DNA of 53,812 nt. It comes from Promethearchaeota archaeon (GTDB lineage Archaea > Asgardarchaeota > Lokiarchaeia > Sigyniarchaeales > SOKP01). The first letter of the stretch is position 1; every line of letters starts with the position of its first letter. The notes under the pieces are model-generated. The model searched no databases, was not told the origin of the DNA, and saw only the letters and a list, made by a program, of their open reading frames with translations. Below are positions 39,226 through 49,446 of this stretch, in pieces. Made by a program: the position numbers and the translations under genes. The DNA lies in NCBI GenBank assembly GCA_018238625.1, contig JABCSY010000014.1:1-53812 (forward strand). Direction: 5' to 3'.

Positions 39226-40176
39226 TTATTTTTTCTTTAAATTAATTCCAAGATCTAAATTTTCTATAAGTTCGGAGAAGCGATTTCGAACGGTCACCTC
39301 TGTGACTTGACTGACTTTGGCTATTTTTCTTTGAGTTCTCCGTTCTTTAGTGAGAATTGATGCTGTATAAATTGCTGCGGCGCATAGTCCCGTTGGTCCG
39401 CGACCTGAGGTTAGCCCCCTTAATTCAGCCATTTTAATAATTTTTTTTGCTGTATTTTGGCAATCAGTAGATAATTCTAATTCAGATATAAATCGAGTAA
39501 GAAAATCTAACGCTTTAGTTGGGTTTAAATTTAGTTCTAATTCTCTTGAGATAAATCTAAAGGAACGTCCTATTTCTTTTTTATCAACACGAGCAACTTC
39601 TGCTATCTCGTTTAATGTACGCGGTACTTTAAACCTTCTACAAGCGGCATATAGACTAGCGGCTGCTACGCCTTCAATGCTTCTCCCTCGAATAAGATGA
39701 GCTCCAACAGCGTCTCTATAGATTTTTGCAGAACTTTCTCGCAGATTTTTCTGAAGATCAAGATTTGAAGCCATGCGATCTAATTCACTTAAAGCAAAAG
39801 TCAAGTTTCTTTCAGTAGCATCTGATACTCTAATCCTACTTTGCCATTTTCTCAAGCGATATATTTGACCTCTAATCTTAGCAGAGATTTCCTTCCCAAA
39901 GATGTCCTTATTCTTCCAGTCTATCATGGTGCTTAAGCCCTTGTCGTGGATCATATAAGTCATTGGAGCTCCTGTCCTAGTTCTTTTCTTTTTTTGATCT
40001 GCATCAAAAGCACGCCATTCTGGGCCCTGATCTATGTGTTTTTCTGAGTGCACTAAACCACATTCTTGACAAACTAATGAGCCTCTATTTTCGTCAAATA
40101 GAATATTTTTACCGCATTCGCTACAATTAATTTCCAAATTATTTTCTTCTGGGCTGCTTTGGTTCCAACTTGAAAT
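39226..40176 (-). CDS. tfb: Transcription initiation factor IIB (TFB)
   Basis: CSEC...CQECG Zn ribbon, [16 protein letters not shown], two cyclin repeats, VTEVTVRNR. The track start is 40137; probable ATT start at 40176 behind AGGTG. Confidence 0.96.
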   Translation of the reverse strand: MSSWNQSSPEENNLEINCSECGKNILFDENRGSLVCQECGLVHSEKHIDQGPEWRAFDADQKKKRTRTGAPMTYMIHDKGLSTMIDWKNKDIFGKEISAKIRGQIYRLRKWQSRIRVSDATERNLTFALSELDRMASNLDLQKNLRESSAKIYRDAVGAHLIRGRSIEGVAAASLYAACRRFKVPRTLNEIAEVARVDKKEIGRSFRFISRELELNLNPTKALDFLTRFISELELSTDCQNTAKKIIKMAELRGLTSGRGPTGLCAAAIYTASILTKERRTQRKIAKVSQVTEVTVRNRFSELIENLDLGINLKKK

Positions 40177-40225
40177 AATTTACACCTTTTTAGATACTTC
40201 TTTTATTAAAAACTGATATAAAGCA

Positions 40226-40474
40226 TTAGTGTAATTTAGCGTAGATAGTATCATTTGGATTAAATTCTTTGTTGGGTAATATATTTATAGAAATAAATGG
40301 CAAATTTGTAGGGCCAAAAATTTCTTTAATATAGCCTATTTCTTCATATTTTTCCGTATAAACAGGTTTATGAAAAATTGCTTCGAGGTTTTTATCCCAC
40401 CTTTTAGCCCTAAAAATGTGATGTTTCTTAGAATTCCCGAGATAGGATAGATTTAGTTTAATGTATTTTTGCAA
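40226..40474 (-). CDS. gar1: Gar1/Naf1-like H/ACA RNP protein
   Basis: IGYIKEIFGPTNLPFISI matches the Gar1 IG.V.DIFGP...PY motif; gar1-tfb adjacency is common in archaea. Confidence 0.8.
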   Translation of the reverse strand: MQKYIKLNLSYLGNSKKHHIFRAKRWDKNLEAIFHKPVYTEKYEEIGYIKEIFGPTNLPFISINILPNKEFNPNDTIYAKLH

Positions 40475-40739
40475 ACGACGACCCTAACTATTGTTTAAAA
40501 TATAGAATAGAAAATTGATAAGTAATATTTAAATGTACCCTTTATTTAAAAAGGGCTTACAAAAATGATTAATTTATTCCAAATGTACGTTATTTTAAAA
40601 ATCCTAATAAGCGGGAAATGGGTGGGATAGATAAATAAATTATTAAATTTTGACAAAAATACAAACATTCTACTAGTTTTTGATTTCTTTCAAAAATGAG
40701 TTGAGGAATTTCTTTTAAATGCCATCTTAATTGTATTTA

Positions 40740-41849
40740 TTAAATGAAATTTTTCTGCAACTGATATTTTATCAAACAACCACACGAGTAGCTATCGTCT
40801 TTTTTTATTAAACAATTAATATTCTGAGAAATTACAAATTCTTTGAGAGAGTTTATCATAAATTCGTTGCACTCTCTTTTTAAACAATTATGGATACCTC
40901 TTTTCGAGCCAGCTCCAGAGGGGGAAGATATAATTCTAACTGAATCCAAGATAGTATTGTCTTTACAAGCTTTAATTATGCATTTAAATAAAGAATAAAA
41001 CCAAGGTGTCCGATATCTGTTCTGATACCATAAATATTCCACTAGTGAATTTTTTTGAATGTTGAGAGGGTTGATTGAAATAGTATTGACCTTTAATTCA
41101 GCTAATTTTTGAATGGAACTAACACAATCATCTATTGCTGTTTGTTCGTTTAGGAAGGGTGGTTTAAACAATAAATATGCTCTCACACCTACATTATTTT
41201 TCTTACAAATTTGGACTGCTTTTAAAAAATCTTCGAATTTCAGACCTTTATTTATGTATATATTTCTAATGTAGTCATTTACTGTTTCCAAACCTATAGC
41301 TACTTCGATGTACTTATTTTCTAAAATGTTTTTCATTTTTTTAAGCTTCTCACGAGTTATATAATCAACTCGAGATTCTACAACGATTTCTTTTATTTTA
41401 GGGACTTCAGCGATTTTATTATATATATGTTCACGAACATCTGCAGAAATTTCATCGTCATCGAAAAAACTTCCAGAATTAAAAATCTTGAGGACAAAAT
41501 CATCTTTATCGGCAGAAATTTCCTTGATTTTTTTTTCTAAGGCATAATCAAATTGATTGATAATGTGAATATGATCAATTTCTTCAATGGTGGAATCTTG
41601 AATATATCCACACATGGAACACCCTCCAGTTTCGCCTAATGCCCAACTACATCCCTTTGTTCTTAATATAACCGTGAATTCCTTTCCTTTTTCTTTGAGC
41701 AAACGATCTTCTTTTATCCAAAAACTTACTGGTTTATCTAATCGTTCGTCTTCAAATTGTGGCTTTTTTCTAATGGCTTTAGATCTAAGAGCTTTGATTT
41801 TTTCAACGAGGGAATTATTATCATTTAATTTTTTCGTAGACATTGGCAA
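40740..41849 (-). CDS. raSEA: Archaeosine biosynthesis radical SAM protein RaSEA (TIGR01210-like)
   Basis: LRTKGCSW...GGCSMCGY, IFNSGSFFD, ESR, IGLET, KPPFL, GAGSKRGIHNC; adjacent to arcS. Confidence 0.9.
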   Translation of the reverse strand: MPMSTKKLNDNNSLVEKIKALRSKAIRKKPQFEDERLDKPVSFWIKEDRLLKEKGKEFTVILRTKGCSWALGETGGCSMCGYIQDSTIEEIDHIHIINQFDYALEKKIKEISADKDDFVLKIFNSGSFFDDDEISADVREHIYNKIAEVPKIKEIVVESRVDYITREKLKKMKNILENKYIEVAIGLETVNDYIRNIYINKGLKFEDFLKAVQICKKNNVGVRAYLLFKPPFLNEQTAIDDCVSSIQKLAELKVNTISINPLNIQKNSLVEYLWYQNRYRTPWFYSLFKCIIKACKDNTILDSVRIISSPSGAGSKRGIHNCLKRECNEFMINSLKEFVISQNINCLIKKDDSYSCGCLIKYQLQKNFI

Positions 41850-43911
41850 TTTTACCTGTTTTTGAATTTTTTATATAATTTGAACCAACTTCTAGGTTCC
41901 CTAATCCAATTAAATTCTTTTTTTCTTTATCGAAAATAAGCGTAAAATCTTTTGGAACGAGATTTGGACTATAATTTATTATCCCAGGACGAAATAAGGT
42001 GTTTCCCTTAATTAATTGTCCGTCAAAAACCATATAATTCGTATTTTCATTTAAAGGTAATAGTCTATTCGCTCCTGAAAGATTCAATTCAATTTGTCCC
42101 GTACTAAAATTGAATTTTCCAAGATACTGTTTATTTATCAAGTCAAATATTTCTATTTGGTGCTTTCTTTCATTTTTTCTGGTCCTAATTCCATTAGAAC
42201 ATATTTTTTCTCCAGCTCCCGTTCCAAATTGATAATCCAATATTTTAATAAATTTACGAGTCCAACTCTTTGAGAAATTTTTATTTTTTGGAATAGGCTT
42301 TAGTGGTTTAAACGAATCTTTTAGGTCCCTAATACTATTCTCTAAAGAATTTAAGGATTCAATGGTAGTAAGATTGATTTTAACTCCCGTGAAGTAAAAT
42401 TTATTCTTTAGTTTTAATCGAGCGTTATCTATAATTTTTAAGTATCCCGGTTCTTTTAAATAACATATAATAGGTATATCCTTATCATATTTCTCCACTA
42501 ACTCAATTAGCATATTTGAAGCAATTGTTATTTCTTCATTATCCCAATCCCCCGTTACAGAAATATCATATGAATTTACGGGGTATATATTTTCAAGTTG
42601 TCTAGGAATGGCTCCTAGGGGAGATGTTAAAATTATTTCTTGAAAATCCGGAAAATCGCGAAATTTACGAATAATGCTATGAAATTTCTTGTGAGATTTC
42701 GACTCGGAGTACGGCTTCTTTGCCGAGCAAGGAAGTATAATAATCAGTTTTGTCCATGATTCAGGCGTAAAACTTTTTAACAATCTCTCCCGAAATTCTT
42801 GGAAATCTGGTCTATAATACGAAGATGGCCCAAAACATTTAATGATTTTATTCGCTTGAGTTATCGGAGTTTCAAGTTTTATCTCGTTAAAGTACTGTTT
42901 ATCTAAGACTTTTAACATAGAAATTATGTTCATGTCGTCAAACGAGGATTTTTCGACAAAACCTCGATAATCCTCCATTCGCAAATACAACTTTATTTTA
43001 TTCATGTAGGTGTATGCAGATATAATATTATGAAGAGTTAATTGTTCTATTTTTTCGGAAGAATATTTGTTTTCGCGGATATATTTTAATTTCCTTTTGC
43101 AAATAGAACACGGACAGGGTAAATATTTTAATTTATAAATGGGAAGTAAATGTTCTATAGTATCGTAGAAATTTTCAGAAGATAAATATAATAGATAGGA
43201 ACAATCAATTAAATCTACCCCTAAATAGACTAAAATTGGATAAAATTTCGGAATAATTCTCCCAGAAGCCATTATGACTAAATTATTGTCGAGTTCCCGC
43301 TTAATTTGAAAAATAACATTCAAAATATTTCTATATTTACTAAATACATCAAACAAATCGACTAAATTTAATATTCTTACGTTATTATTGTTCTTAATTA
43401 AAGGAAGATACAGATCAAATAATTCGGGATACTCAAAAATCTTAATAGATAAACCAAAATCTAAATTACGATATTGGTTTAAGATTTGGTTAGCATCAGT
43501 AATAAAATTGATAATTTCGTTTTTAGCGAATTCCCTATTTATGGTAGTAGTAGGAATATTAAACGGAATTAGGGGTATAATGTTATCTTCTGAAAATATA
43601 TCAATATTATTAGCTAAAATTTCTTTAAATTTTTCCATTGAACCATTGTGCTTATAGATAAAGCCAGTATGTTTAAATTTTTCTCGTAAAAACCCAATTT
43701 TCAAATAAAATTCTTTTAAGATCAAAAATACCTCGTGGTCTTCAAATTCCTCAAGAAAACTTATATGGTTTATTAAACTTTTCTTCATCGGAACGAGGAT
43801 ATTAGGTGTCGATATAAACCTTTTAGATTCCTTTGAACAAATAATTCTTCCTACTCTAGAAAATCCTATTCCTTTAGTTATTAATTCAAAAAAATAATTC
43901 ATGTTTTTCAA
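41821..43911 (-). CDS. arcS: Archaeosine synthase alpha subunit ArcS (TGT-like + DUF5591 + PUA)
   Basis: LVYLGVDLID, LPCSAKKPYSESKSH, TSPLGAIPRQLE..YP...YDI.VTGDW, C-terminal PUA-like region. Confidence 0.9.
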   Translation of the reverse strand: MKNMNYFFELITKGIGFSRVGRIICSKESKRFISTPNILVPMKKSLINHISFLEEFEDHEVFLILKEFYLKIGFLREKFKHTGFIYKHNGSMEKFKEILANNIDIFSEDNIIPLIPFNIPTTTINREFAKNEIINFITDANQILNQYRNLDFGLSIKIFEYPELFDLYLPLIKNNNNVRILNLVDLFDVFSKYRNILNVIFQIKRELDNNLVIMASGRIIPKFYPILVYLGVDLIDCSYLLYLSSENFYDTIEHLLPIYKLKYLPCPCSICKRKLKYIRENKYSSEKIEQLTLHNIISAYTYMNKIKLYLRMEDYRGFVEKSSFDDMNIISMLKVLDKQYFNEIKLETPITQANKIIKCFGPSSYYRPDFQEFRERLLKSFTPESWTKLIIILPCSAKKPYSESKSHKKFHSIIRKFRDFPDFQEIILTSPLGAIPRQLENIYPVNSYDISVTGDWDNEEITIASNMLIELVEKYDKDIPIICYLKEPGYLKIIDNARLKLKNKFYFTGVKINLTTIESLNSLENSIRDLKDSFKPLKPIPKNKNFSKSWTRKFIKILDYQFGTGAGEKICSNGIRTRKNERKHQIEIFDLINKQYLGKFNFSTGQIELNLSGANRLLPLNENTNYMVFDGQLIKGNTLFRPGIINYSPNLVPKDFTLIFDKEKKNLIGLGNLEVGSNYIKNSKTGKIANVYEKIK

Positions 43912-43979
43912 TTAAAGATATCATTCAAAGGTATTTAAATTAATTTTTTTCTATTTTTTTAAAATGTATCAAATTAAAA

Positions 43980-44939
43980 TCAAAACATTTTAAAGTTTGT
44001 GTACGGTTTCAACTCATCAAGCACAAAATTAGTATAAGTATCCTCCATATCTTCTGATTCGTAGAGATTTTTGATAAAATCACCGAAATCTTCGATTCTT
44101 TTTACCCGGACGATTGCAAACAATCCATATTGCTCGCCCATCCTAAATAGATACACAATTTCATCTCTTTTTACTAAACTTAATGCCAATTCACTGTATT
44201 TCGAAGAATCTTTAGGCTTAATTCTTACTATAAATTTCCCTTTAAATCCAACCTTTTTTGGCTTAAAATTTATGGAATAATTAAGTATAACGCTTGATTC
44301 TTCAAGTTTTTTTATTCTATTGTAAATAGTAGATTGTGACAGCTCTACATTATATCTTTTCTTGAAAATTTTGGAAATTTCGTAAGTAGAAATCAATTTT
44401 AAATTTTGTTCGTTCTCCATTATTTTCAGAACATTATAATCAGTTTGGTCAAGGTTTAAGTCAATTTCCAGCTCCGTTGCCGTTACATCTATTCCGTTAG
44501 TTTTAAAAACTTTTATCGCTTCAATTATCTGATATTTCTTAAAAAAAGATGTTCCCATTATTTCATCTACTTTTAGGAGAACTTTATTAAACTCATCAGA
44601 ATCGTTAAACACAAATAGAGCGATGAGTGAATACTCTCCAAATATACCATCTAGCATTTTCATTTGAGGAATTTTTAACAAATCTTCGACGATGTGTGGC
44701 TCTTTAGGGTTTGTTTTTATTTCCAAAATCACGTATTTTAAATTGGGTCGAATATTAGGGTTGATGTTAATAGTGAAATTTTTAATTATTCCTTTATCCT
44801 TTAACATTTCAAATTTGTTTTGAAAAGTTTGTCTAGTAATCCCTAATTCTTTTGAAATTTTTGAGATATTAGGTTTTGATTTTGTATTGACTTTTTTCAA
44901 TATCTCAAACGATTTAATATGATTTTTGCTACTCACCAT
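43980..44939 (-). CDS. Tandem Lrp/AsnC-family regulator
   Basis: Two HTH-RAM units (ISKELGITRQTFQN, SQSTIYNRIKKLE); start placed at ATG 44939; divergent from ahcY. Confidence 0.87.
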   Translation of the reverse strand: MVSSKNHIKSFEILKKVNTKSKPNISKISKELGITRQTFQNKFEMLKDKGIIKNFTININPNIRPNLKYVILEIKTNPKEPHIVEDLLKIPQMKMLDGIFGEYSLIALFVFNDSDEFNKVLLKVDEIMGTSFFKKYQIIEAIKVFKTNGIDVTATELEIDLNLDQTDYNVLKIMENEQNLKLISTYEISKIFKKRYNVELSQSTIYNRIKKLEESSVILNYSINFKPKKVGFKGKFIVRIKPKDSSKYSELALSLVKRDEIVYLFRMGEQYGLFAIVRVKRIEDFGDFIKNLYESEDMEDTYTNFVLDELKPYTNFKMF

Positions 44940-45087
44940 AATAATTTTTAAGTAATTGATATTTAAAAATATAATTGTTTGTATAAAAATTGCAGACTTT
45001 GTTTTACACATTTTGATAAACATATTTAAATAATATCATAAAATTATTAGAATAACATATTGTTAAAATTTATCATTTTTGTGAATA

Positions 45088-46368
45088 GTGAAATTGAATA
45101 TGGTTAATTATAAAGTAGCTGATGAAAACCTTGCTGAAAAAGGCAAAGAAGCTCTGTATGTAGCTGAATCTAAAATGCCAGTTACAGCCGAAATTATTCG
45201 TGGGAGGTTTTCCAAAGAGAAGCCCTTGAAAGGCATAACAATTGCAGGATGTTTACATATTACTAAAGAAACCGGAAATCTCGCCCGTACTTTGAAAGCA
45301 GGGGGTGCTGAAGTCTATTTATGTGGGAGTAATCCGTTATCTACTCAAGATGATGTTGCTGCAGCCTTAGTTCAAGAAGGAATAAATGTTTTTGCGTGGC
45401 ATGGCAACACAGACGAAGAATTTTATTGGTGTATTAGAGAGTGTCTCAAGGCAAAACCGAATATTTTAATTGATGATGGTGCGGATATGATTGTTACTGC
45501 TCATAAGGAGTTTCCAGAGTTGATTGAAAATGGCACGATAATCGCATGTCAAGAAGAAACTACAACGGGGGTTAAAAGATTTAAAGCGATGGATAAACAA
45601 GGAATACTAAAAGTCCCACTCTTCCCTGTAAATGATGCGCGATGTAAAAATCAGTTTGATAATGAATTAGGGACAGGACAAGGAATTGTAGCTGCTATCT
45701 ATGGCATGCATGTTCTCTTCGCAGGAAAAAATGTTGTGATTGCAGGGTTCGGGCATTGCAGCTCAGGAATGGCATTAAGAGCTAGAGGATTAGGGGCTAA
45801 TGTAATTGTTACTGAAGTTGATGCAATAAAAGCTTTGCAAGCCAAATTCGCGGGATATAATGTTATGCCCATTGAAAAAACTCTTCCCATTGCCGATATA
45901 ATTCTTACAGCAACGGGTTGTAAGCACGTAATTCCACCATCAAAAGAAATATTCAAAAAATTAAAGGATGGTGTTATTCTCGGTAATTTAGGCCATTTTG
46001 ACATTGAGGTCCCAACCAAGGAACTTTACGAATATGCCAAGGAAATCAAACCACTAAGGCAAAATGTAGAAGAATTAATATTTCCTGATGGCAAAAGGAT
46101 ATATCTACTTGCTAAAGGAAGATTAGCCAATTTGGTGCTTTCTGAAGGACATCCTGCGGAAGTAATGGATATGTCCTTTGGTCTACAATCGCTCATGTCT
46201 GAATACATCGTCAAAAATAAAGAATCACTAAAACCAGGAATGATTAATGTTCCAGTGGATATTGACGATAGAGTGGGCTTCCTAAAACTTCAAGCAATGG
46301 GCGTTGAGATCGACTCATTAACCGAGGAACAATACAATTACATACACGGCTACGAAGAAGGAACCTAA
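45088..46368 (+). CDS. ahcY: Adenosylhomocysteinase
   Basis: CLHITKET, SNPLSTQD, IDDGAD, EETTTG, GHFDIE, GRLANL, GHPAEVMDMSF. Confidence 0.95.
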   Translation: MKLNMVNYKVADENLAEKGKEALYVAESKMPVTAEIIRGRFSKEKPLKGITIAGCLHITKETGNLARTLKAGGAEVYLCGSNPLSTQDDVAAALVQEGINVFAWHGNTDEEFYWCIRECLKAKPNILIDDGADMIVTAHKEFPELIENGTIIACQEETTTGVKRFKAMDKQGILKVPLFPVNDARCKNQFDNELGTGQGIVAAIYGMHVLFAGKNVVIAGFGHCSSGMALRARGLGANVIVTEVDAIKALQAKFAGYNVMPIEKTLPIADIILTATGCKHVIPPSKEIFKKLKDGVILGNLGHFDIEVPTKELYEYAKEIKPLRQNVEELIFPDGKRIYLLAKGRLANLVLSEGHPAEVMDMSFGLQSLMSEYIVKNKESLKPGMINVPVDIDDRVGFLKLQAMGVEIDSLTEEQYNYIHGYEEGT

Positions 46369-46398
46369 ATTTCTAATCTTTTTTTTTACTTTTTTATT

Positions 46399-47424
46399 TT
46401 ATCTTTTAGGGTTTAAGATTTCATCAGCAGTAATATCTCCATAGATTTCATTCGCCAGTTTTCTGAGACCATCTACTCCAAGTGGTTCTTCAAGGAGCTT
46501 ATCTGACTCCCAAATCTTTAAATTTTTAAATTCTTTTTTAATTTCCCCAGAAAATTTTAATTGTATTTGACGCATTTTTTTACAGAAATTACAGTGTTTA
46601 GGGTCAGGAGTCAACATATTAATGTGAACCGCATCAAGGTTAATGTATTTTTTCGTTAAATCTCTTGCGCGTTTAACTTCTTCAAAGCTAGGTTTTTCAG
46701 CTATTGAGACTAACCTTAAGGACCCTACGTTATGGATTAGTTCAGAAATTCTCTCACCACGCTTTTCAAGATCGACCATCATATTAAATATTTCTTTTCC
46801 TAATTCCTTCCTCTTTTCCTGATCGTCAAATGGTTTAAGAATTTGATGAAACATTTTAGAAAAATTCTTAATTGTTCCTTTTATTGAATTATAAAAATTT
46901 AAAGAATACTTTAAGACGACTTTTACTTGGTCTTCTGGAATTTCAAAGAGAGTAATCATGTTAGCGGTGGGTGGAAAATCAGCTATGATGATATCAAATT
47001 GAATATCTTGAGAAGTTTTATCCTCAGCATCTAAGATTTTTTGAAAAAACATGGCGTTTTTTAAAGCCAACGGAATTGAATTGGATGTGAAGGTTGTATC
47101 AAAAAACTCTTCAATTTTGGGGATCATTCCCACTAAAGGCATCTGTTTCATGAGAGCTTTCATCTTACTAACTAAATCTTTAGTATATTTTTCAGCATAG
47201 ATATTTGGATCGGGCTCAATTGCCCATAGATTACTTATTATTGGCGTAATCTTGTTTCCAATTTCTTGAGATAGGAGGTCTGATAAATTATGGGCCATAT
47301 CAAAGGAAATGAGAAGTATCTTCTTATTAGGAAGAAGTTTTGACAAAAGCACAGCGGTAGCTGCACTTATAGAGCTTTTCCCTACTCCTCCTTTCCCTCC
47401 TAACACTACTATTCTTTCAATCAT
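46399..47424 (-). CDS. ArsA/Get3 (TRC40)-family ATPase, single domain
   Basis: GGKGGVGKS, SFDMAHNLSD, DFPPTAN, C-terminal CNFC, EPLG. Confidence 0.88.
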   Translation of the reverse strand: MIERIVVLGGKGGVGKSSISAATAVLLSKLLPNKKILLISFDMAHNLSDLLSQEIGNKITPIISNLWAIEPDPNIYAEKYTKDLVSKMKALMKQMPLVGMIPKIEEFFDTTFTSNSIPLALKNAMFFQKILDAEDKTSQDIQFDIIIADFPPTANMITLFEIPEDQVKVVLKYSLNFYNSIKGTIKNFSKMFHQILKPFDDQEKRKELGKEIFNMMVDLEKRGERISELIHNVGSLRLVSIAEKPSFEEVKRARDLTKKYINLDAVHINMLTPDPKHCNFCKKMRQIQLKFSGEIKKEFKNLKIWESDKLLEEPLGVDGLRKLANEIYGDITADEILNPKR

Positions 47425-47517
47425 GTCAAACGCTTAGATGCTTTAAAATGAGATATTAAAAAATATCAAATAACGATATAATATATAAAATAATTCAAGA
47501 ATTTTAATAATTCTACA

Positions 47518-47700
47518 TTAATTAATAATCTTTTTAGGAAAAAAGACTAACTTCCCGGAAAGAGTTGGAAACTCACAATCCTTGTTTCTTTCGATATAGA
47601 AATAAAATCTGCCGATATCCGTATTAAGTTTGTACTTTACCTTTCTTTTGGTATTATCTGACATTTTTTTTAATAATTTATTATTCCAATAAATGCTCAT
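47518..47700 (-). CDS. Possible small hypothetical protein
   Basis: 60-aa ORF (or 48 aa from the second Met) upstream of the Get3-like gene; no motif. Confidence 0.3.
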   Translation of the reverse strand: MSIYWNNKLLKKMSDNTKRKVKYKLNTDIGRFYFYIERNKDCEFPTLSGKLVFFPKKIIN

Positions 47701-47907
47701 ATTAAAAAAAAATATTAATTATATTAAAAAATAGCATTTTATGGGGATAATATAACGAAAAGGGCGGAGCTTTAATTGAACCTTTAAATTAACAAAAGAT
47801 AAATTAAAAGAATTCTTTTAGTAAAATAATAATCAATAAAATGTTGATTATTTACGGAGTTTCTAATCAAATTTACCATTCATATTAAAACAGTAAAATT
47901 ATCAAAA

Positions 47908-47951
47908 AAATCATTAATAAATCATTAATAAATCATCAATAAATCATCAAT
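47908..47951. repeat. Tandem repeat 4 x AAATCATYAAT (11 bp)
   Basis: AAATCATTAAT x2 then AAATCATCAAT x2, read directly. Confidence 0.9.
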
Positions 47952-48222
47952 TAAATGAAATAGTAAAGTAAATCAATCAAAGTATTAAATTAAAATTATT
48001 ATCCAAACTTATAACATCATATAGGAAGTAGATTCATAATTCAAGCTTACTAAAGATAAATAAAAAGATCTCAAAAGATAAAGTATTCAAGATCTTAGAT
48101 AGAAATAATCAATTTAGCATTAGTTCGTATCCATTAGTTAGATTTTACTTCTTTTAATAAGTTTATAATTAATTTGCTTTATTGATAAAATTAAATAAGA
48201 AAATGTTAAATTAAAAACGGAA

Positions 48223-49404
48223 GTGATTAAAATTACAAATAACAATGTAGATTTTACTACAAAGTATACCATCGAAGCGAGGTTTAAGATTAAAGGCGTT
48301 GTTGAGAAATCAGACATCGTTGGAGCAATCTTTGGCCAAACTGAAGGACTTCTTTTGGATCTCGATTTGCGAGATCTTCAAAAGTCAGGACGTATAGGAC
48401 GAATTGAGGTTGAAAATAAATCAAAGGAAGGAATTTCCGAAGGAATCATTAAAATCCCTTCTAGCCTTACTCGTAAAGAAACTGCTCTACTGGCGGCAAC
48501 TATAGAAACTGTTTCGCGTGTAGGGCCTTGTGAAGCGGAGATTCAATTAATAGAAATAAGAGATGTGAGAGAAGCGAAACGTAAACAAATAATTGAGCGG
48601 GCGGCTGAACTATTAAAAGAATGGGATGAAAAATCTTTAGAACCAAGCGAAATAGAAGAACAAATCGATACAGATATAAAACTAGGAGCAATTATCTCTT
48701 GGGGTCCGGAAAGTTTACCCGCTGGTCCTAACATTGACTCTAGTTCAGAAATAATACTCGTTGAAGGTCGAGCGGATGTTTTAAACCTATTGAGGATAGG
48801 AGTTAAAAATACAGTTGCTGTGCAAGGTACACAAGTCCCTAAGTCAGTAATTAGTTTAACTAAGAAAAAAGATAGCGTCATAGCTTTCTTGGATGGGGAT
48901 CGTGGAGGGACTATTATCTTAAATGAACTTTTACAAGTTGCAAAGCTTGATTACGTGGCGCGAGCACCAGAAGGTTACGAAGTAGAAGAACTTACTCGTA
49001 AACAAATGATAAAATCTCTCCAAAATAAAAAACCCGCAAAGGGTACACATGAAACGAAGGTTGTCGGGAGAAAAGAACATTCGGGAAAGGAATCGCGTTT
49101 GCAAAAATTATTGAAGAAGTTAAAAGTCAAACATTTTGAAATAATAGAAGAAAGCTTCAAGAAAATAAAGCCAGGTCACAGCATAGGGTTCAATAAAAGC
49201 TTAGAGAAACTATTTGAAATCCCAGTTGGAGAAATCTTTGAAAAAATTAAAGATTTCAAAGGCACGCAATTTCTAATCATCGATGGCATCCTAACGAAAC
49301 GCTTGCTTTCACTTTTATTAAAATTGAAAATTAAATTTATTGCTTGTAAAAACAAGGAAGAAGACTTAAGAATACCGGAACAAATAATTGTTTTCTTCTT
49401 TTAA
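48223..49404 (+). CDS. dnaG: Archaeal DnaG (TOPRIM; exosome-associated primase-like protein)
   Basis: GVVEKSDIVGAIFGQTEGLL, LQKSGRIGRI, VEGRADV, FLDGDRGG. Confidence 0.95.
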   Translation: MIKITNNNVDFTTKYTIEARFKIKGVVEKSDIVGAIFGQTEGLLLDLDLRDLQKSGRIGRIEVENKSKEGISEGIIKIPSSLTRKETALLAATIETVSRVGPCEAEIQLIEIRDVREAKRKQIIERAAELLKEWDEKSLEPSEIEEQIDTDIKLGAIISWGPESLPAGPNIDSSSEIILVEGRADVLNLLRIGVKNTVAVQGTQVPKSVISLTKKKDSVIAFLDGDRGGTIILNELLQVAKLDYVARAPEGYEVEELTRKQMIKSLQNKKPAKGTHETKVVGRKEHSGKESRLQKLLKKLKVKHFEIIEESFKKIKPGHSIGFNKSLEKLFEIPVGEIFEKIKDFKGTQFLIIDGILTKRLLSLLLKLKIKFIACKNKEEDLRIPEQIIVFFF

Positions 49405-49446
49405 AATCTCTTTTTTTATTTACACAGTGAATTTTTGAGATTATTT

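Noticed and set aside
47551-47574. TTCCCGGAA / GAGTTGGAAACTC as an ORB-like origin box
   Set aside because: Poor match to the ORB consensus, single copy, no cdc6/orc1 in the window
47908-47951. CRISPR array
   Set aside because: Units are 11 bp, contiguous and have no spacers; no cas genes
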